Shown: in pieces, positions 19,301 through 28,430 of the stretch
Numbering within the stretch: position 1 is the stretch's first letter
How the letters are laid out: every line of letters begins with the position of its first letter
From: Candidatus Omnitrophota bacterium
Lineage (GTDB): Bacteria > Omnitrophota > Gorgyraeia > Pluralincolimonadales > Pluralincolimonadaceae
Direction of reading: 5' to 3'
Length of the DNA stretch: 64,000 nucleotides
Assembly (NCBI GenBank): GCA_028716565.1
Contig: JAQUPL010000008.1
Coordinates: 13,067-77,066, forward strand
Program-made: the position numbers and the translations under genes
The notes under the pieces: model-generated
What the model was told of the DNA's origin: nothing
Seen by the model: only the letters and a program-made list of their open reading frames with translations
Database searches by the model: none

Positions 19301-20755
19301 TTCGCCGCCATTCTGGATTGTCAACTCAGCTTCGCCGTTAGTGCCGACGACCAGGTTGTCGGTTATGGTCCACTTGGAGTCCGCATCCTCAACGGTAACG
19401 GTGCCGTCTCCAGCGGCGTCCTTGCCTATATAACCATTACTGCTGCTTACCGTGCCGCTGTTGCTGATTTCTAATGTGCCTATTGCGGCCTGGCCGACAT
19501 TAACGTCGCCGCTGTTGGTCCATTTAGAATTCGCATCCTCAACGTAAACATGACCCACAGCATTGTTGCCCACATTTGCCCAGGTGTTGCTCACTTCCCC
19601 ACCGTTGGTGATATGTAATTCGCCCGTGCCGTTATCAGCGACGATGAGCTCCTCGCTGCAGGTCCATTTAGAATTCGGGTCGTCAACGGTAGCGATGCCG
19701 TCTCCGGTGGCGTCCTTGCCGATATATCCTTTAGTACTGGTCACGGTTCCGCCGCTGGTGACGGTCAATGTGCCGGTATGGGCTTTGCCGATATTAACTT
19801 CGCTGCTGTTGGTCCAGGTGGAGGTAGAACCATCAACCGTTACGGTACCGTCATCATTGTAACCTATATCTGCGTAGGTATTGCTCATGGCGCCGCCGTT
19901 GGTGATATGTAATTCGCCGGAGTCGTTATTACCGACGGTTAGCGCGGTGCAGTCCACGGTGCCGCCGTCGGAAATAGTCAGCGTGCCGGTGCCGGAATTG
20001 CCGACTAACATGCCGCCGCTGTTGGTCCAGGTGGAATGGTTTCCGAATGAGTCAATGCCGGTAACGGTAACGGTACCGGTTGAGCCAGCTTCACCGCCGA
20101 TATTACCCCAGGTATCGCTTACCAAGCCGCCGTCGGAAATGGTCAACGAGCCGGTGCCGTGGTTGCCGACAAAAATGTCGACGTTGTTGGTCCAGGTGGA
20201 ATCGGTGCCGGTAACGGTTATAGCGCCCTCGGAGGTTGCAAGGTCACCGATAAATGAATGCCGACCGCCCCCGCCGGTTACCGAAAGTGAGCCTCCGCCG
20301 GAGATTACCATTCGGCCCTCGCCTTCGTAGCCGACGGCGAGGCCGCCGCCGACCGACCATACAGTGCCGGCACCGAAAGTGAATGTGCCGGTATCTGTCG
20401 CCCCGTTGTCAAATTTTAGCCATACTCCGTCGGCAGTGTCGCCGCCAAAACCCGTCACCGTGACATCGTTATTGGAGAGGTTGAAGATCGTCTCGAAATT
20501 CAGGGTGGGCAGGGCACCCGCCAATGGGATCGTGCCCGCCGCGCCCGCATCAAACTGGATCGTGCCGGCACCGCTTGCATTCAGACCTGTTATCGCGGTC
20601 CTAAGCGTGCCCGGGTCGAGGGTATCGGCTCTGTTATCAACGGAAAAGGTATCGGCATGGGATGGCGTAATAGAAAAAAACAGGACGGCATAAAAAACAA
20701 GCAGAAAACCAACGGCCCTAAAATGACGGCAAGAAATCTTTTTTTGCGCATGCAT
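16367..20755 (-). CDS. autotransporter outer membrane protein 1: long repetitive beta-helical passenger (autotransporter-associated beta-strand repeats) plus C-terminal beta-barrel translocator
   Basis: Start MHAQKK at 20755 follows AGGAGGGTG, then a signal peptide. About 10 tandem 40-aa repeats follow (TGTLTISDGG..V...W.N). The C-terminal roughly 280 aa form a beta-barrel ending in YKF. Confidence 0.8.
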   Translation of the reverse strand: MHAQKKISCRHFRAVGFLLVFYAVLFFSITPSHADTFSVDNRADTLDPGTLRTAITGLNASGAGTIQFDAGAAGTIPLAGALPTLNFETIFNLSNNDVTVTGFGGDTADGVWLKFDNGATDTGTFTFGAGTVWSVGGGLAVGYEGEGRMVISGGGSLSVTGGGGRHSFIGDLATSEGAITVTGTDSTWTNNVDIFVGNHGTGSLTISDGGLVSDTWGNIGGEAGSTGTVTVTGIDSFGNHSTWTNSGGMLVGNSGTGTLTISDGGTVDCTALTVGNNDSGELHITNGGAMSNTYADIGYNDDGTVTVDGSTSTWTNSSEVNIGKAHTGTLTVTSGGTVTSTKGYIGKDATGDGIATVDDPNSKWTCSEELIVADNGTGELHITNGGEVSNTWANVGNNAVGHVYVEDANSKWTNSGDVNVGQAAIGTLEISNSGTVSSSNGYIGKDAAGDGTVTVEDADSKWTITDNLVVGTNGEAELTIQNGGEVSDATSWVGANAGSSGIATVTGANSKWTHSDDLYVGSGATGSLTISDGGLVSDATGNVSGYAGGNGTVKVTGADSTWTNTDTNGLYVGRTQNGGAATGDLTISDGGTVNVAGGAGTTTIGSDVGSTGTLNIGEGGAAGTLNTAEVNGGDGGATVKFNHTDAAYAFAPLLTGSLNVQHTGSGTTTLSGNNTYTGVTTISGGTVSVATIRNGGEASNLGAATNAAANLVLDGGTLRYTGLDASTDRNVTINAAKTTLIDITVNTLTMTGGDTGLGGNGAVTKTGAGTLVLKGAFTNTGLTTITAGTLQLGDGFSGASNILNNATLSFNRTTNLDAAAVLSGTGILRQDGTGTTTLSGINTYTGPTEVNAGTLKAGAVDQAFGIGSAVSVATGANLDLNGFDETIGSLSGDGTVTNGGLADGALTAGDATSTTFSGIIKDGGTNKTLFIKEGLGVLTLSGANTYTGLTEINTGTLQVSNANAVGGGALTNSATLSVGTISLSVPGIYTQNAGSALDLTANSSSAFGNITSVADAVVDAGSTVNVTVSGYIPNNATLKIIDGAGGAGVNVPATITSSNSKYTFIGSSSAGDLILTVNRSGTGFSSSGTNSNTSAVGAALDNVTNPSADMTTVLDALDVMTPAQVEQSLETVTPVVDSGVTNISNTAINQFMATTTDRLEDLFARAHDEDTGDTGVSTGSEGLNGVEAWGRGFGEYVRQDARGLSNGYRATIWGTAIGGDLPAFNNRARFGASGGYAASNVNSKDNSGKTNINSYQTTLYGGYIDAEKPYYLNGAFSFAYNTYKGKRNITVGAIQRRADSNYRGQQYAVLVDGGYTFKTKNVNITPVASLEYVRLHLQSYTETGADALNLSVTSQDYDMLQSGLGMKLDHTFEVESGFVIPEIHAKWLYDFIGDKQETTSTFSGGGGSFATNGFDPAQNSLNVGSKLTLVTRGNWSLDANYDFEYKQDYTSHTGWADVRYKF

Positions 20756-20783
20756 GGCATCACCCTCCTGCTTATTGGGTATC

Positions 20784-20811
20784 ATTATACTATATATTAA
20801 TATTTTCTCAA
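20784..20811 (-). promoter_or_regulatory. sigma70-type promoter for autotransporter 1 (TTGAGA-16-TATAAT)
   Basis: -10 at 20789..20784 and -35 at 20811..20806, about 25 nt upstream of the RBS. Confidence 0.5.
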
Positions 20812-20877
20812 TAAAATTATGTGAGCACAACAGGCAGGGCGGTTAATTTCATGCGCTTGACAAACAAAAATGGATCC

Positions 20878-23733
20878 CTAGAACTTATACCTTATATCAG
20901 CCCAACCCGTATGGGAGGTGAAATCCTGCTTGTATTCAAAGTCGTAGTTTACATCGAAACTCCAGTTGCCTTTCGTGACCAGGGCGAGCTTTGTCCCTAC
21001 ATTTAAGGAATGTTGTGCGGGATCGAATCCATCGGTGGCGAATGAGCCGCCTCCTCCGGAGAATGTTGAAGTCGTCGCCTGCTTGTCGCCTATGAAGTCA
21101 TAGAGCCAGCGGATGTGGACCTCGGGGGTTAAGATGCCGTAGTTTGACTCGAAGGAACGGTCGAATTTTGCTCCCAGGCCTGACTGAAGCATGTCGTAAT
21201 CCTGGCTTGCCACACTTAGGTTTAAGGCGCCTGCTCCTGTCTCGGTGTAGCTCTGGAGGTGCAGATGCAGGTATTGGAGCGAGGCAACTGGGGTAATGTT
21301 TACTTGTTTGGTTTTGAAGGTATAACCTCCGTCGAATAAGACCGAATACTGCTGGCCGCGATAGCTTGAGTCGGCTCTCCTCTGGATGGCGCCTACGGCG
21401 ATGTTACGCTTGCCCTTGTATGTGTTATAGGCGAATGAGAAGGCCCCGTTTATGTAGAAAGGGTTGTTTGCATCCATGTAGCCGCCGTAGAAGGCCGATT
21501 GATAGCTGTTGATGTAGGTTCTTCCGCTGTTGTCCTTGGAGTTTACGTTAGATGCCGCGTAGCCGCCGGAAGCGCCCATACGGACCTTGTCGTTAAAGGC
21601 TGGGATATCGGCTCCTAAGGCCGTGCCCCAGATGGTGGCGGAATAGCCGTTACTTAGCCCTCTGGGGTCTTGGTGTGCGTATTCACCGAATCCCCTGCCC
21701 CAGGCCTCAAAGCCGCTTGATCCTTTGCTTCCGGTTGAAACGCCGCTCTCCCCTGTTTCTTCATTATGCGCCCGGGCAAAGAACCCTCCCAATCTGTCGG
21801 TAGTGGTCCCGACGAATTGGTTGATGGCGGTATTACTGACGTTAGTCACTCCGCTGTCAACGACCGGGGTCACGGTCGCGAGAGCCTGGCCAGCCGCGGT
21901 TGAGCCCAAGGCATCAAGCGTGTCCAAAACAGTAAGCATATCGCCCGAGGGATTTGAAATATTATCAAGGACCGCGCCTGCGGCGGATGAATTACCGTTA
22001 GTGGCAGTGCCCGCGAAACCGTTGCCTGCGCCGGAACGGATTATAGTCAGGATGAGGTCGCCGTTTGAGCTTGTGCCCGAGAATGAATATTTCGAGTTGT
22101 TGGACGTGATGGTAGTCGGGACATTGACGTTTGTGCCGCCCGGGCCGTCGACCACCTTAAGGGTCGTATTATTAGGCATGTAACCGCCGACAGTGACATT
22201 GACAGCGCTTCCGGTGGCCACAACGGCATTACCTGCAGACGTAACATTACCGAAATTTGAGGAAGAGTTCGCAGTAAGCATCAAGGTGGTTCCCGTGCCC
22301 TGGGAATATATACCTCCGTCGCTTAACGCAACATTCCCGGTGCCCACATCCAGGGCTGCCGTCGTATCGGCTTTCAGGATGAGGTTGCCTGATATCGTAC
22401 CGTTATTCGTCAATGCGGTGGTCCCGCCGTCGAGCTGGATGGCAGCCGTAGTTCCGGTTATCGTCCCGCCGGCATTATTGATAATAACGGTATCGCCGTT
22501 GTCGACCCGGATACCGGTTGCCGGGCCGGAGATCGTCCCCGAATTAGTAAGTTTGTTTATGCCGCTTGTCACGGGCGTGCCGAGCGAAGTATCACCTCTA
22601 AAAAGAATGCCTATGCTCGCGGTATCGGCGAGCCCGAACTTCTTCGAAGTAGTGGCGTCGCCGTTTGTCGTGACGGTACGGCCTGTCCCGACTGTGACAT
22701 CATAGTTCAACGACCAGACAAGGATCCCCTGCCCGCCGGATACGTCGCCTGCCCCGGTAACGTTTATCACATTAGGCGCGGCGGCGGTACGGCTGACGTT
22801 CTTCTGGAAACGGGAACCGGCCCAGAGGGTATCGCACGGCCCGGTCACATCGAAACTCGCGAAACCGTTGCCGTATTGCGAGTCCGCATCCGAGCTGAAA
22901 CTGCCGTTCTTGTTTTTAGTGTATATGTACGAGACGGTCGAATAGATGCCGTAGATATTCGCTGAGGTCCCGCCCAAGGCGATGAATTCGCTCATCCCCT
23001 GGACATCGGCAAGTACTGTCTTGTCGCCGTGTCCCCAGAAATAGGTATACCCCAATTGCCCGAAAGGAAAACGCTTAGTCGGGTCGGCGCCATATGACGC
23101 GTTCCTGAACTGCGTATAGTATGCCTGGAAGTCGGACCAGACTTGATCGTCAGTAATACCGGCAGGCCGGACGAAAGGAAGCAAGTCGCCGTAAGCGTCT
23201 TTTACGCCGGCGTAATCGGCTATATCGGGGTTCTTTGCCGGACGCATTATGGTATTGTTATTCGCGTCCAACGCGAATTCAACTATGGCGTTGTGCGTCC
23301 CGGAATTGTCCATGCCGAGCCCTCGCTCGGTGACCTTTATAAGATCGGAGTTAGTGACCCCGCCGCCTTTGTTATCGTAGAATTTCGTGAAATCGTTGCC
23401 GGTAGTCAGCCATGCGGCATCGGTCGTAGGATTGCCGTGGATCGTATAACCGGCCTGGTCGACATAGTTGCCGCTGTAAAACGAGGCATATGTCGCCGTC
23501 CTGGTGATAAGGTTCCCGCTCGCGTCGTATTGGAGCCCGAACGTGCCGCCGGTATCGGGTATTATAACGATTGAAGCGTCGGCGGCAAGATGACCGGCGG
23601 GAGTAGTGGCATTGCTTATTGCCTGGGTTATGCCATCGCTATAATCATAGGTAGGACTGTCCGCCAAGACAAAGGGCTGTGCGGCGAAAGATAGAAAAAA
23701 TGCAGCTGCGAAAATAAGTAGTTTGCGCGTCAT
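20878..23733 (-). CDS. autotransporter outer membrane protein 2: unique roughly 330-aa N-terminal passenger domain plus beta-strand repeats plus beta-barrel paralogous to autotransporter 1
   Basis: Signal peptide MTRKLLIFAAAFFLSFAAQPFVLA. The C-terminal roughly 450 aa are about 75-80% identical to autotransporter 1 at both protein and DNA level. Ends in YKF. Confidence 0.8.
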   Translation of the reverse strand: MTRKLLIFAAAFFLSFAAQPFVLADSPTYDYSDGITQAISNATTPAGHLAADASIVIIPDTGGTFGLQYDASGNLITRTATYASFYSGNYVDQAGYTIHGNPTTDAAWLTTGNDFTKFYDNKGGGVTNSDLIKVTERGLGMDNSGTHNAIVEFALDANNNTIMRPAKNPDIADYAGVKDAYGDLLPFVRPAGITDDQVWSDFQAYYTQFRNASYGADPTKRFPFGQLGYTYFWGHGDKTVLADVQGMSEFIALGGTSANIYGIYSTVSYIYTKNKNGSFSSDADSQYGNGFASFDVTGPCDTLWAGSRFQKNVSRTAAAPNVINVTGAGDVSGGQGILVWSLNYDVTVGTGRTVTTNGDATTSKKFGLADTASIGILFRGDTSLGTPVTSGINKLTNSGTISGPATGIRVDNGDTVIINNAGGTITGTTAAIQLDGGTTALTNNGTISGNLILKADTTAALDVGTGNVALSDGGIYSQGTGTTLMLTANSSSNFGNVTSAGNAVVATGSAVNVTVGGYMPNNTTLKVVDGPGGTNVNVPTTITSNNSKYSFSGTSSNGDLILTIIRSGAGNGFAGTATNGNSSAAGAVLDNISNPSGDMLTVLDTLDALGSTAAGQALATVTPVVDSGVTNVSNTAINQFVGTTTDRLGGFFARAHNEETGESGVSTGSKGSSGFEAWGRGFGEYAHQDPRGLSNGYSATIWGTALGADIPAFNDKVRMGASGGYAASNVNSKDNSGRTYINSYQSAFYGGYMDANNPFYINGAFSFAYNTYKGKRNIAVGAIQRRADSSYRGQQYSVLFDGGYTFKTKQVNITPVASLQYLHLHLQSYTETGAGALNLSVASQDYDMLQSGLGAKFDRSFESNYGILTPEVHIRWLYDFIGDKQATTSTFSGGGGSFATDGFDPAQHSLNVGTKLALVTKGNWSFDVNYDFEYKQDFTSHTGWADIRYKF

Positions 23734-23826
23734 TAGGTCTCGTTTTCGGGAAAAACCGCGGAAGGGATAGAGATGCGGAAGGAAAAAAAAGTCAGAATGG
23801 AAAGGAATTTTCTCATTTTTGCATTG

Positions 23827-23870
23827 ATTATAGCGGAGATTATTTGTTAAATCAAGGATTTTTGGGGACT
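23827..23870 (-). promoter_or_regulatory. sigma70-type promoter for autotransporter 2 (TTGATT-17-TATAAT plus A-tract); short repeat-motif copy
   Basis: -10 at 23832..23827, -35 at 23855..23850, then CCCCAAAAATCC. Confidence 0.55.
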
Positions 23871-23900
23871 AGGCGGGGATCTCCGTTTTGTCCGGCCGTT

Positions 23901-24581
23901 TTACAGCCCGGAAGAGTGGCTTTGCATCGACATGCTGCATCCGACTGTCCCCTTGATCAGGACAGGCAGGCGGTCCTTGTCTTTGCTGATCCATATTTCG
24001 AACTTGCCGGGCTTGCTGGTGAAGTGATAGGCCGTTATCTTATTGTCATTTACCCTAACGTCTTCGATACCGACCAGCGTAACGGTGAACACTTCTCGAA
24101 GGCGCACGACCATGCTCCACCCTGTGTCAAGGTCATCGACCTGGCGCAGGTAGAAAGGCAGCAACACGGCATTATGGTAGGGGCTGTCGGATTTATATCT
24201 GTATTCGTCGGCAAGTTTATCGTTCATGAATTTCTTGATAACGAGGGAATTTTTTTGAGGGTCATACTCCTCGACGAGGAACTCTTTCGATAACGGCCAA
24301 CTGATATGCCGCTCAACTATCAACGGCAGGCCTGTTTTGGGATCGGCATAGATTTTTTCAAGGTCGCTGAACCCGGTGAGTTCGGTGCGAAAGGTCACAA
24401 GCCAATACTCCCTTCCCTGATAATCTACCAGCCCTATATCCTCGTATTCGGCTCTCCCTGCGGGGCTGACATTGTAGACTATTTTCTCGCCTTGGGATAC
24501 CGCGGCAAAAGCCGCATTGCATAAAATGAGTAACGACACCGCCAACAAAATATTAAATACTCCCTTACCCAACATAGCCAC
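23901..24581 (-). CDS. secreted hypothetical protein (possibly DUF3108-like)
   Basis: N-terminal signal peptide. No recognisable catalytic motifs. Confidence 0.4.
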   Translation of the reverse strand: MAMLGKGVFNILLAVSLLILCNAAFAAVSQGEKIVYNVSPAGRAEYEDIGLVDYQGREYWLVTFRTELTGFSDLEKIYADPKTGLPLIVERHISWPLSKEFLVEEYDPQKNSLVIKKFMNDKLADEYRYKSDSPYHNAVLLPFYLRQVDDLDTGWSMVVRLREVFTVTLVGIEDVRVNDNKITAYHFTSKPGKFEIWISKDKDRLPVLIKGTVGCSMSMQSHSSGL

Positions 24582-24589
24582 GGGCCTTT

Positions 24590-24829
24590 CTAGCCGACAC
24601 AGCGCCTCACCTTAACGAGCTCGACCAATTCTCCCACAGTCTCTACTATCCCGACCTCTTCATCGGATATTTTGATATTATACCTCTCTTCCAGGTCGAT
24701 TGCCAGCCTTACCAAGTCCACGAAATCCATATACAGATCCCCTATCAGCCGGGACCCGGGCGTGATCCTTTCGAGCGGCATTTTTATCTGGTCGTTTATC
24801 AACTCCCTTATCTCTTCGAATAGGCTCAT
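24590..24829 (-). CDS. acyl carrier protein-like protein lacking the conserved phosphopantetheine-attachment Ser (DLYMDFVDL instead of DLGxDSLD)
   Basis: ACP-like length and helix pattern. Its start ATG overlaps the patatin stop as ATGA at 24829..24826. Confidence 0.5.
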   Translation of the reverse strand: MSLFEEIRELINDQIKMPLERITPGSRLIGDLYMDFVDLVRLAIDLEERYNIKISDEEVGIVETVGELVELVKVRRCVG

Positions 24830-25992
24830 TGCATCATTCCCGGAGGAACTTTCTTCCAATCGTATCCCTGTAATGCCTCCTTAAATCCCAAATCAAAAAG
24901 TCCACGCATTTCGATGGGATCGAAAGGTTCCTTCGCTTTGGACACATGGGTCGCCGGTATATAGGCCAGGTTGAAATCCCCCTTGCCCAATTCCGTAAAA
25001 GCATACAACTGATATATATCCCCGACGCCCTGGGCGTTCACCATTGTATCTACCGTGCGCTCCGCAATGGCAGACATCCTGTCCGGGACTTCTTTCCAGA
25101 TCGCGTCCGCATAGCCGTTCCTTATCACGTATATCTTGTACCGCAGGTTGCGGATACCTATCCCCTTCTGTTTCATGGCTTCTTCTATACCCTGGACAGC
25201 ATCATAAAGAAAGAACACCTGCTTCGCTACCCCGCCGTCGACATGCATCTCGTCATACGTCTTATCGCCAACCTGTACCTTTAAATACACCGGAGGAAAA
25301 GCTATCGGGATGGATGCCGATGCCAGTATTACCTTGCGGAATAACATTAGGGCCCTCTCATCGCCTATTGAAGCGATCTTCCCCATATCCCATATTACGA
25401 GACGCTGGGCGTCAAGGTTGGTGGTGCCCACATAAAGCCTGCGGCCCTTGTCATATTCGGAGGCTATTTCCTTTAATAATCGCCCGTCAAAATATTTTTC
25501 GATACGGCGTTTCAGCGGCCTGGGGCTCGCGAAGGAATTCACGAACGGGATGCTTATATTCATGATATCTTTTGTCGAATACTTCGTGTAAAATTCCTCC
25601 AACTCGCCGTCATATTTATTTCCGAGGAAGGCGAAAGGCGCTATGATCGCTCCGGTGCTTATACCGGTAACGACCTTAAAGACCGGCCGTGTCCCGGACT
25701 GTGTCCATCCGCTGAGTAAACCCGCGCCGTATGCGCCGTTAGCGCCCCCGCCCGAAACCGCAAGCATCGAATACGTCGCGCCTATCCCGCCCGCGTCGAC
25801 CAAACCAATCATATCTTTCTTGAAATACTCGGTCGGGACGCCGCTATAGACCCTGATATTGCTCATGCCGGATATGCTGGCATCATTCAGCATCTTTTCC
25901 GGGACGGCATGGCGTACGCTCGCGCAGCCGGATACAAGGAAGATAGCGGCCGTTATTACGCAAAACTGGTTTACCCTTTGGAAGTTTCTCAT
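24826..25992 (-). CDS. patatin-like phospholipase lipoprotein
   Basis: Lipobox (LVSGC), oxyanion GGGANGAYGAG, GISTG (GxSxG) and a DGG catalytic Asp motif. Confidence 0.8.
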   Translation of the reverse strand: MRNFQRVNQFCVITAAIFLVSGCASVRHAVPEKMLNDASISGMSNIRVYSGVPTEYFKKDMIGLVDAGGIGATYSMLAVSGGGANGAYGAGLLSGWTQSGTRPVFKVVTGISTGAIIAPFAFLGNKYDGELEEFYTKYSTKDIMNISIPFVNSFASPRPLKRRIEKYFDGRLLKEIASEYDKGRRLYVGTTNLDAQRLVIWDMGKIASIGDERALMLFRKVILASASIPIAFPPVYLKVQVGDKTYDEMHVDGGVAKQVFFLYDAVQGIEEAMKQKGIGIRNLRYKIYVIRNGYADAIWKEVPDRMSAIAERTVDTMVNAQGVGDIYQLYAFTELGKGDFNLAYIPATHVSKAKEPFDPIEMRGLFDLGFKEALQGYDWKKVPPGMMQ

Positions 25993-27528
25993 TTAATGGA
26001 TCATGACCGTCCCTTTATTCTTGACCTCCCTGAAAATAAACACCAGGAACACGCAAGAGAAAGCGATGATCCCGTAATAGCGGAAACAATCGATATATGA
26101 AAGAAGGGCGGACTGGCGTAATAATTCCCTGTAAAGCAGGCCGTCCGCGAGGCCGGCATACGCCTTCGATACCTGCTGATACAGCTGATTAAAAGGGTTC
26201 AACTGGCCTACAAGTATCGCCTGGTGCGTCTGCGCCATTCGGGAAAGTATCGTCGTCGATACCGCGATGCCGACGCTGCCCCCGATATTCCTCATGAGGT
26301 TAAAAAGCCCGGAGCCGTTTCCAATATCCTTGGCATGCAACGTCCCGAAAGCCACGATCGACAACGGCACAAAGACCATCATCGTGCCAAAACCCAGGAC
26401 AAAAAGCGGGATCACCCTCGAATCCATGGAGATCTGCAGGTTAATATTGCCGAGAGACAGCGCCGCAATCCCGATCATGGCCAGGCCCACGGCCATCAAC
26501 ACCTTATTTTCAAAGTATTTACATAAACGCGAGACTGACAGGGCCCCGGTAAAAGCCCCTATCCCAAGCGGGACCAGTATAAGCCCGCTTAAATAGGCCG
26601 TATACCCCATCATCGTCTGGTAAAAGAGCGGCATGAGCGCCATCACTCCGTACATGATCGAACCGATCATAAAAGCGATTATCATGCCTCCGGTAAGGTT
26701 CCTGTCCTTAAGGATACGCAGATCGACCACCGGATGCTTTACGCGGAATTCCCATAAAATGAACGCGACAAGAGAAATGACGACAATGATCGATGTCCAA
26801 CATATCCAGGACGCCTGGAACCAATCCGCCTCCTGGCCTTTATCAAGAACGAGCTGCAGCGCGCCCAAGCCGATAGCCATCAACGCGAACCCGTAATAAT
26901 CGATGCCGGTCCTGATCTTCCGGATGTACGGCGGGTCTTCAACGAACACCTTAGACATCAGGATGGCGATGATCCCGACAGGCACATTGATGAAGAAGAT
27001 CCACCGCCATGAGAAATTATCGGTAAGCCAACCGCCGAGGACGGGGCCTATAATAGGCGCCACGATGACTCCCATCGCGAAAACCGCCATGGCTGAAGTG
27101 CGCTTCTCCTTCGGAAAACTTTCCAGCAGTATTGCCTGGGAGATCGGCTGGAGGGCCCCTCCTCCTATTCCCTGGAATATCCGGAACAGGACCAATTGAC
27201 TGAGGCTGCCAGCTATGCCGCAAAGGACGGAGGATAGGGTGAACAGGGATATGCAGATAAGAAGCACCCTTTTACGGCCGAAAAAACCGCCAAACCATGC
27301 CGAAGCGGGCAAAATAATCGCATTGGCGACAAGATAACTTGTTAAGACCCAGGTCCCCTCGTGAGTAGTCGCGGAAAGGTTTCCCGCGATCTGCGGCAAA
27401 GCCACATTCGCAATGGAGGTGTCCAGGACTTCCATGGTCGCGGCCAACATGACTGCGATACAGATCAGCCAAGGGTTGCTTTTAGGGCGCCATTCTTCGG
27501 ATTGAATAGCGTTGCTTCCCTTATCCAT
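25993..27528 (-). CDS. MFS drug:H+ antiporter, DHA2 (EmrB/QacA) family, 14 TMS
   Basis: 511 aa with conserved MFS motifs (GGFFGRKR). It follows an HlyD-family gene. Confidence 0.85.
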   Translation of the reverse strand: MDKGSNAIQSEEWRPKSNPWLICIAVMLAATMEVLDTSIANVALPQIAGNLSATTHEGTWVLTSYLVANAIILPASAWFGGFFGRKRVLLICISLFTLSSVLCGIAGSLSQLVLFRIFQGIGGGALQPISQAILLESFPKEKRTSAMAVFAMGVIVAPIIGPVLGGWLTDNFSWRWIFFINVPVGIIAILMSKVFVEDPPYIRKIRTGIDYYGFALMAIGLGALQLVLDKGQEADWFQASWICWTSIIVVISLVAFILWEFRVKHPVVDLRILKDRNLTGGMIIAFMIGSIMYGVMALMPLFYQTMMGYTAYLSGLILVPLGIGAFTGALSVSRLCKYFENKVLMAVGLAMIGIAALSLGNINLQISMDSRVIPLFVLGFGTMMVFVPLSIVAFGTLHAKDIGNGSGLFNLMRNIGGSVGIAVSTTILSRMAQTHQAILVGQLNPFNQLYQQVSKAYAGLADGLLYRELLRQSALLSYIDCFRYYGIIAFSCVFLVFIFREVKNKGTVMIH

Positions 27529-28430
27529 TACCGGACCTTTATCTCGGCAATGACCGACATGCCTACGCCAAGATCATACTTATTGTAGGGTTGGCCGTCA
27601 AAAACGATCTTTACCGGTATGCGCTGGACCACCTTTACAAAATTCCCCGAAGCGTTTTCGGGCGGGAACATGCTGAATTTTGCTCCGGTGCCGCGCTGGA
27701 TACTGTCCACATGGCCCTCGAAGATCTTACCGGGATACGTATCTATCTTTATCCTGACCTCCTGTCCGGGCCTGACATTTTTAAGCTGGGTCTCTTTATA
27801 ATTGGCGATTACCCACATATCATTCGAAACAACCGCCATAAGCCCCTGCCCCGGCTGTATCTGGTTTCCCGCCTCGACGGACCTTTTTGCCACATGGCCG
27901 TCCGAAGGAGCGCATATCTTCGTATATTCCAGGTTGCGCTGCGCGATCTTGAACTGCGCTTCGGCAGCCTCGGCCTGCGCTTTCGCGAGGTTATACGCGG
28001 TAACGGCATTCTCGAACCTCTCCTTCGGGTATACTTCTTCTTTATATAATGCCTCGGCGCGATCCCTGTCGCGAGATGCCTGCTCAAAAGCTACCTTTCG
28101 TATATCCAGGGCCGCCTGTGCCCCGTTCACCCTTAATTCGTAATCTATCGGGTCTATCTCGACCAGGACGTCCCCTTCTTTCACGATGCGGTTATCTTCC
28201 GCATTCACTGTCTTGACCGTCCCCGGGATCTTGGCCGCGATGCTATGGATCCTGCCTTCGATGTATGCGTCATCGGTGGACACGCGGCTGATGCCGCCAA
28301 TGATGAAGAGGATGAATACCACGGCGGCAGCGCCGCCTGCCGCTAAAAATATTCCCAACAATTTCGTCTTCTTAACGTTTTTCAGGTTCATTTTTGTTCT
28401 CCATTGTTTCGTAGATGAGCGCGAGGTCAA
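27528..28430 (-). CDS. HlyD/EmrA-family membrane fusion protein
   Basis: N-terminal TM helix, coiled-coil, and a lipoyl/beta-barrel membrane-fusion-protein architecture. Confidence 0.8.
   Translation of the reverse strand: MTSRSSTKQWRTKMNLKNVKKTKLLGIFLAAGGAAAVVFILFIIGGISRVSTDDAYIEGRIHSIAAKIPGTVKTVNAEDNRIVKEGDVLVEIDPIDYELRVNGAQAALDIRKVAFEQASRDRDRAEALYKEEVYPKERFENAVTAYNLAKAQAEAAEAQFKIAQRNLEYTKICAPSDGHVAKRSVEAGNQIQPGQGLMAVVSNDMWVIANYKETQLKNVRPGQEVRIKIDTYPGKIFEGHVDSIQRGTGAKFSMFPPENASGNFVKVVQRIPVKIVFDGQPYNKYDLGVGMSVIAEIKVR

Noticed and set aside
18228-20330. Multiple Pro/Val/Ser-rich plus-strand ORFs inside autotransporter 1
   Set aside because: They are antisense reading of the Gly/Thr/Ser-rich repeat region and have no starts with an RBS.
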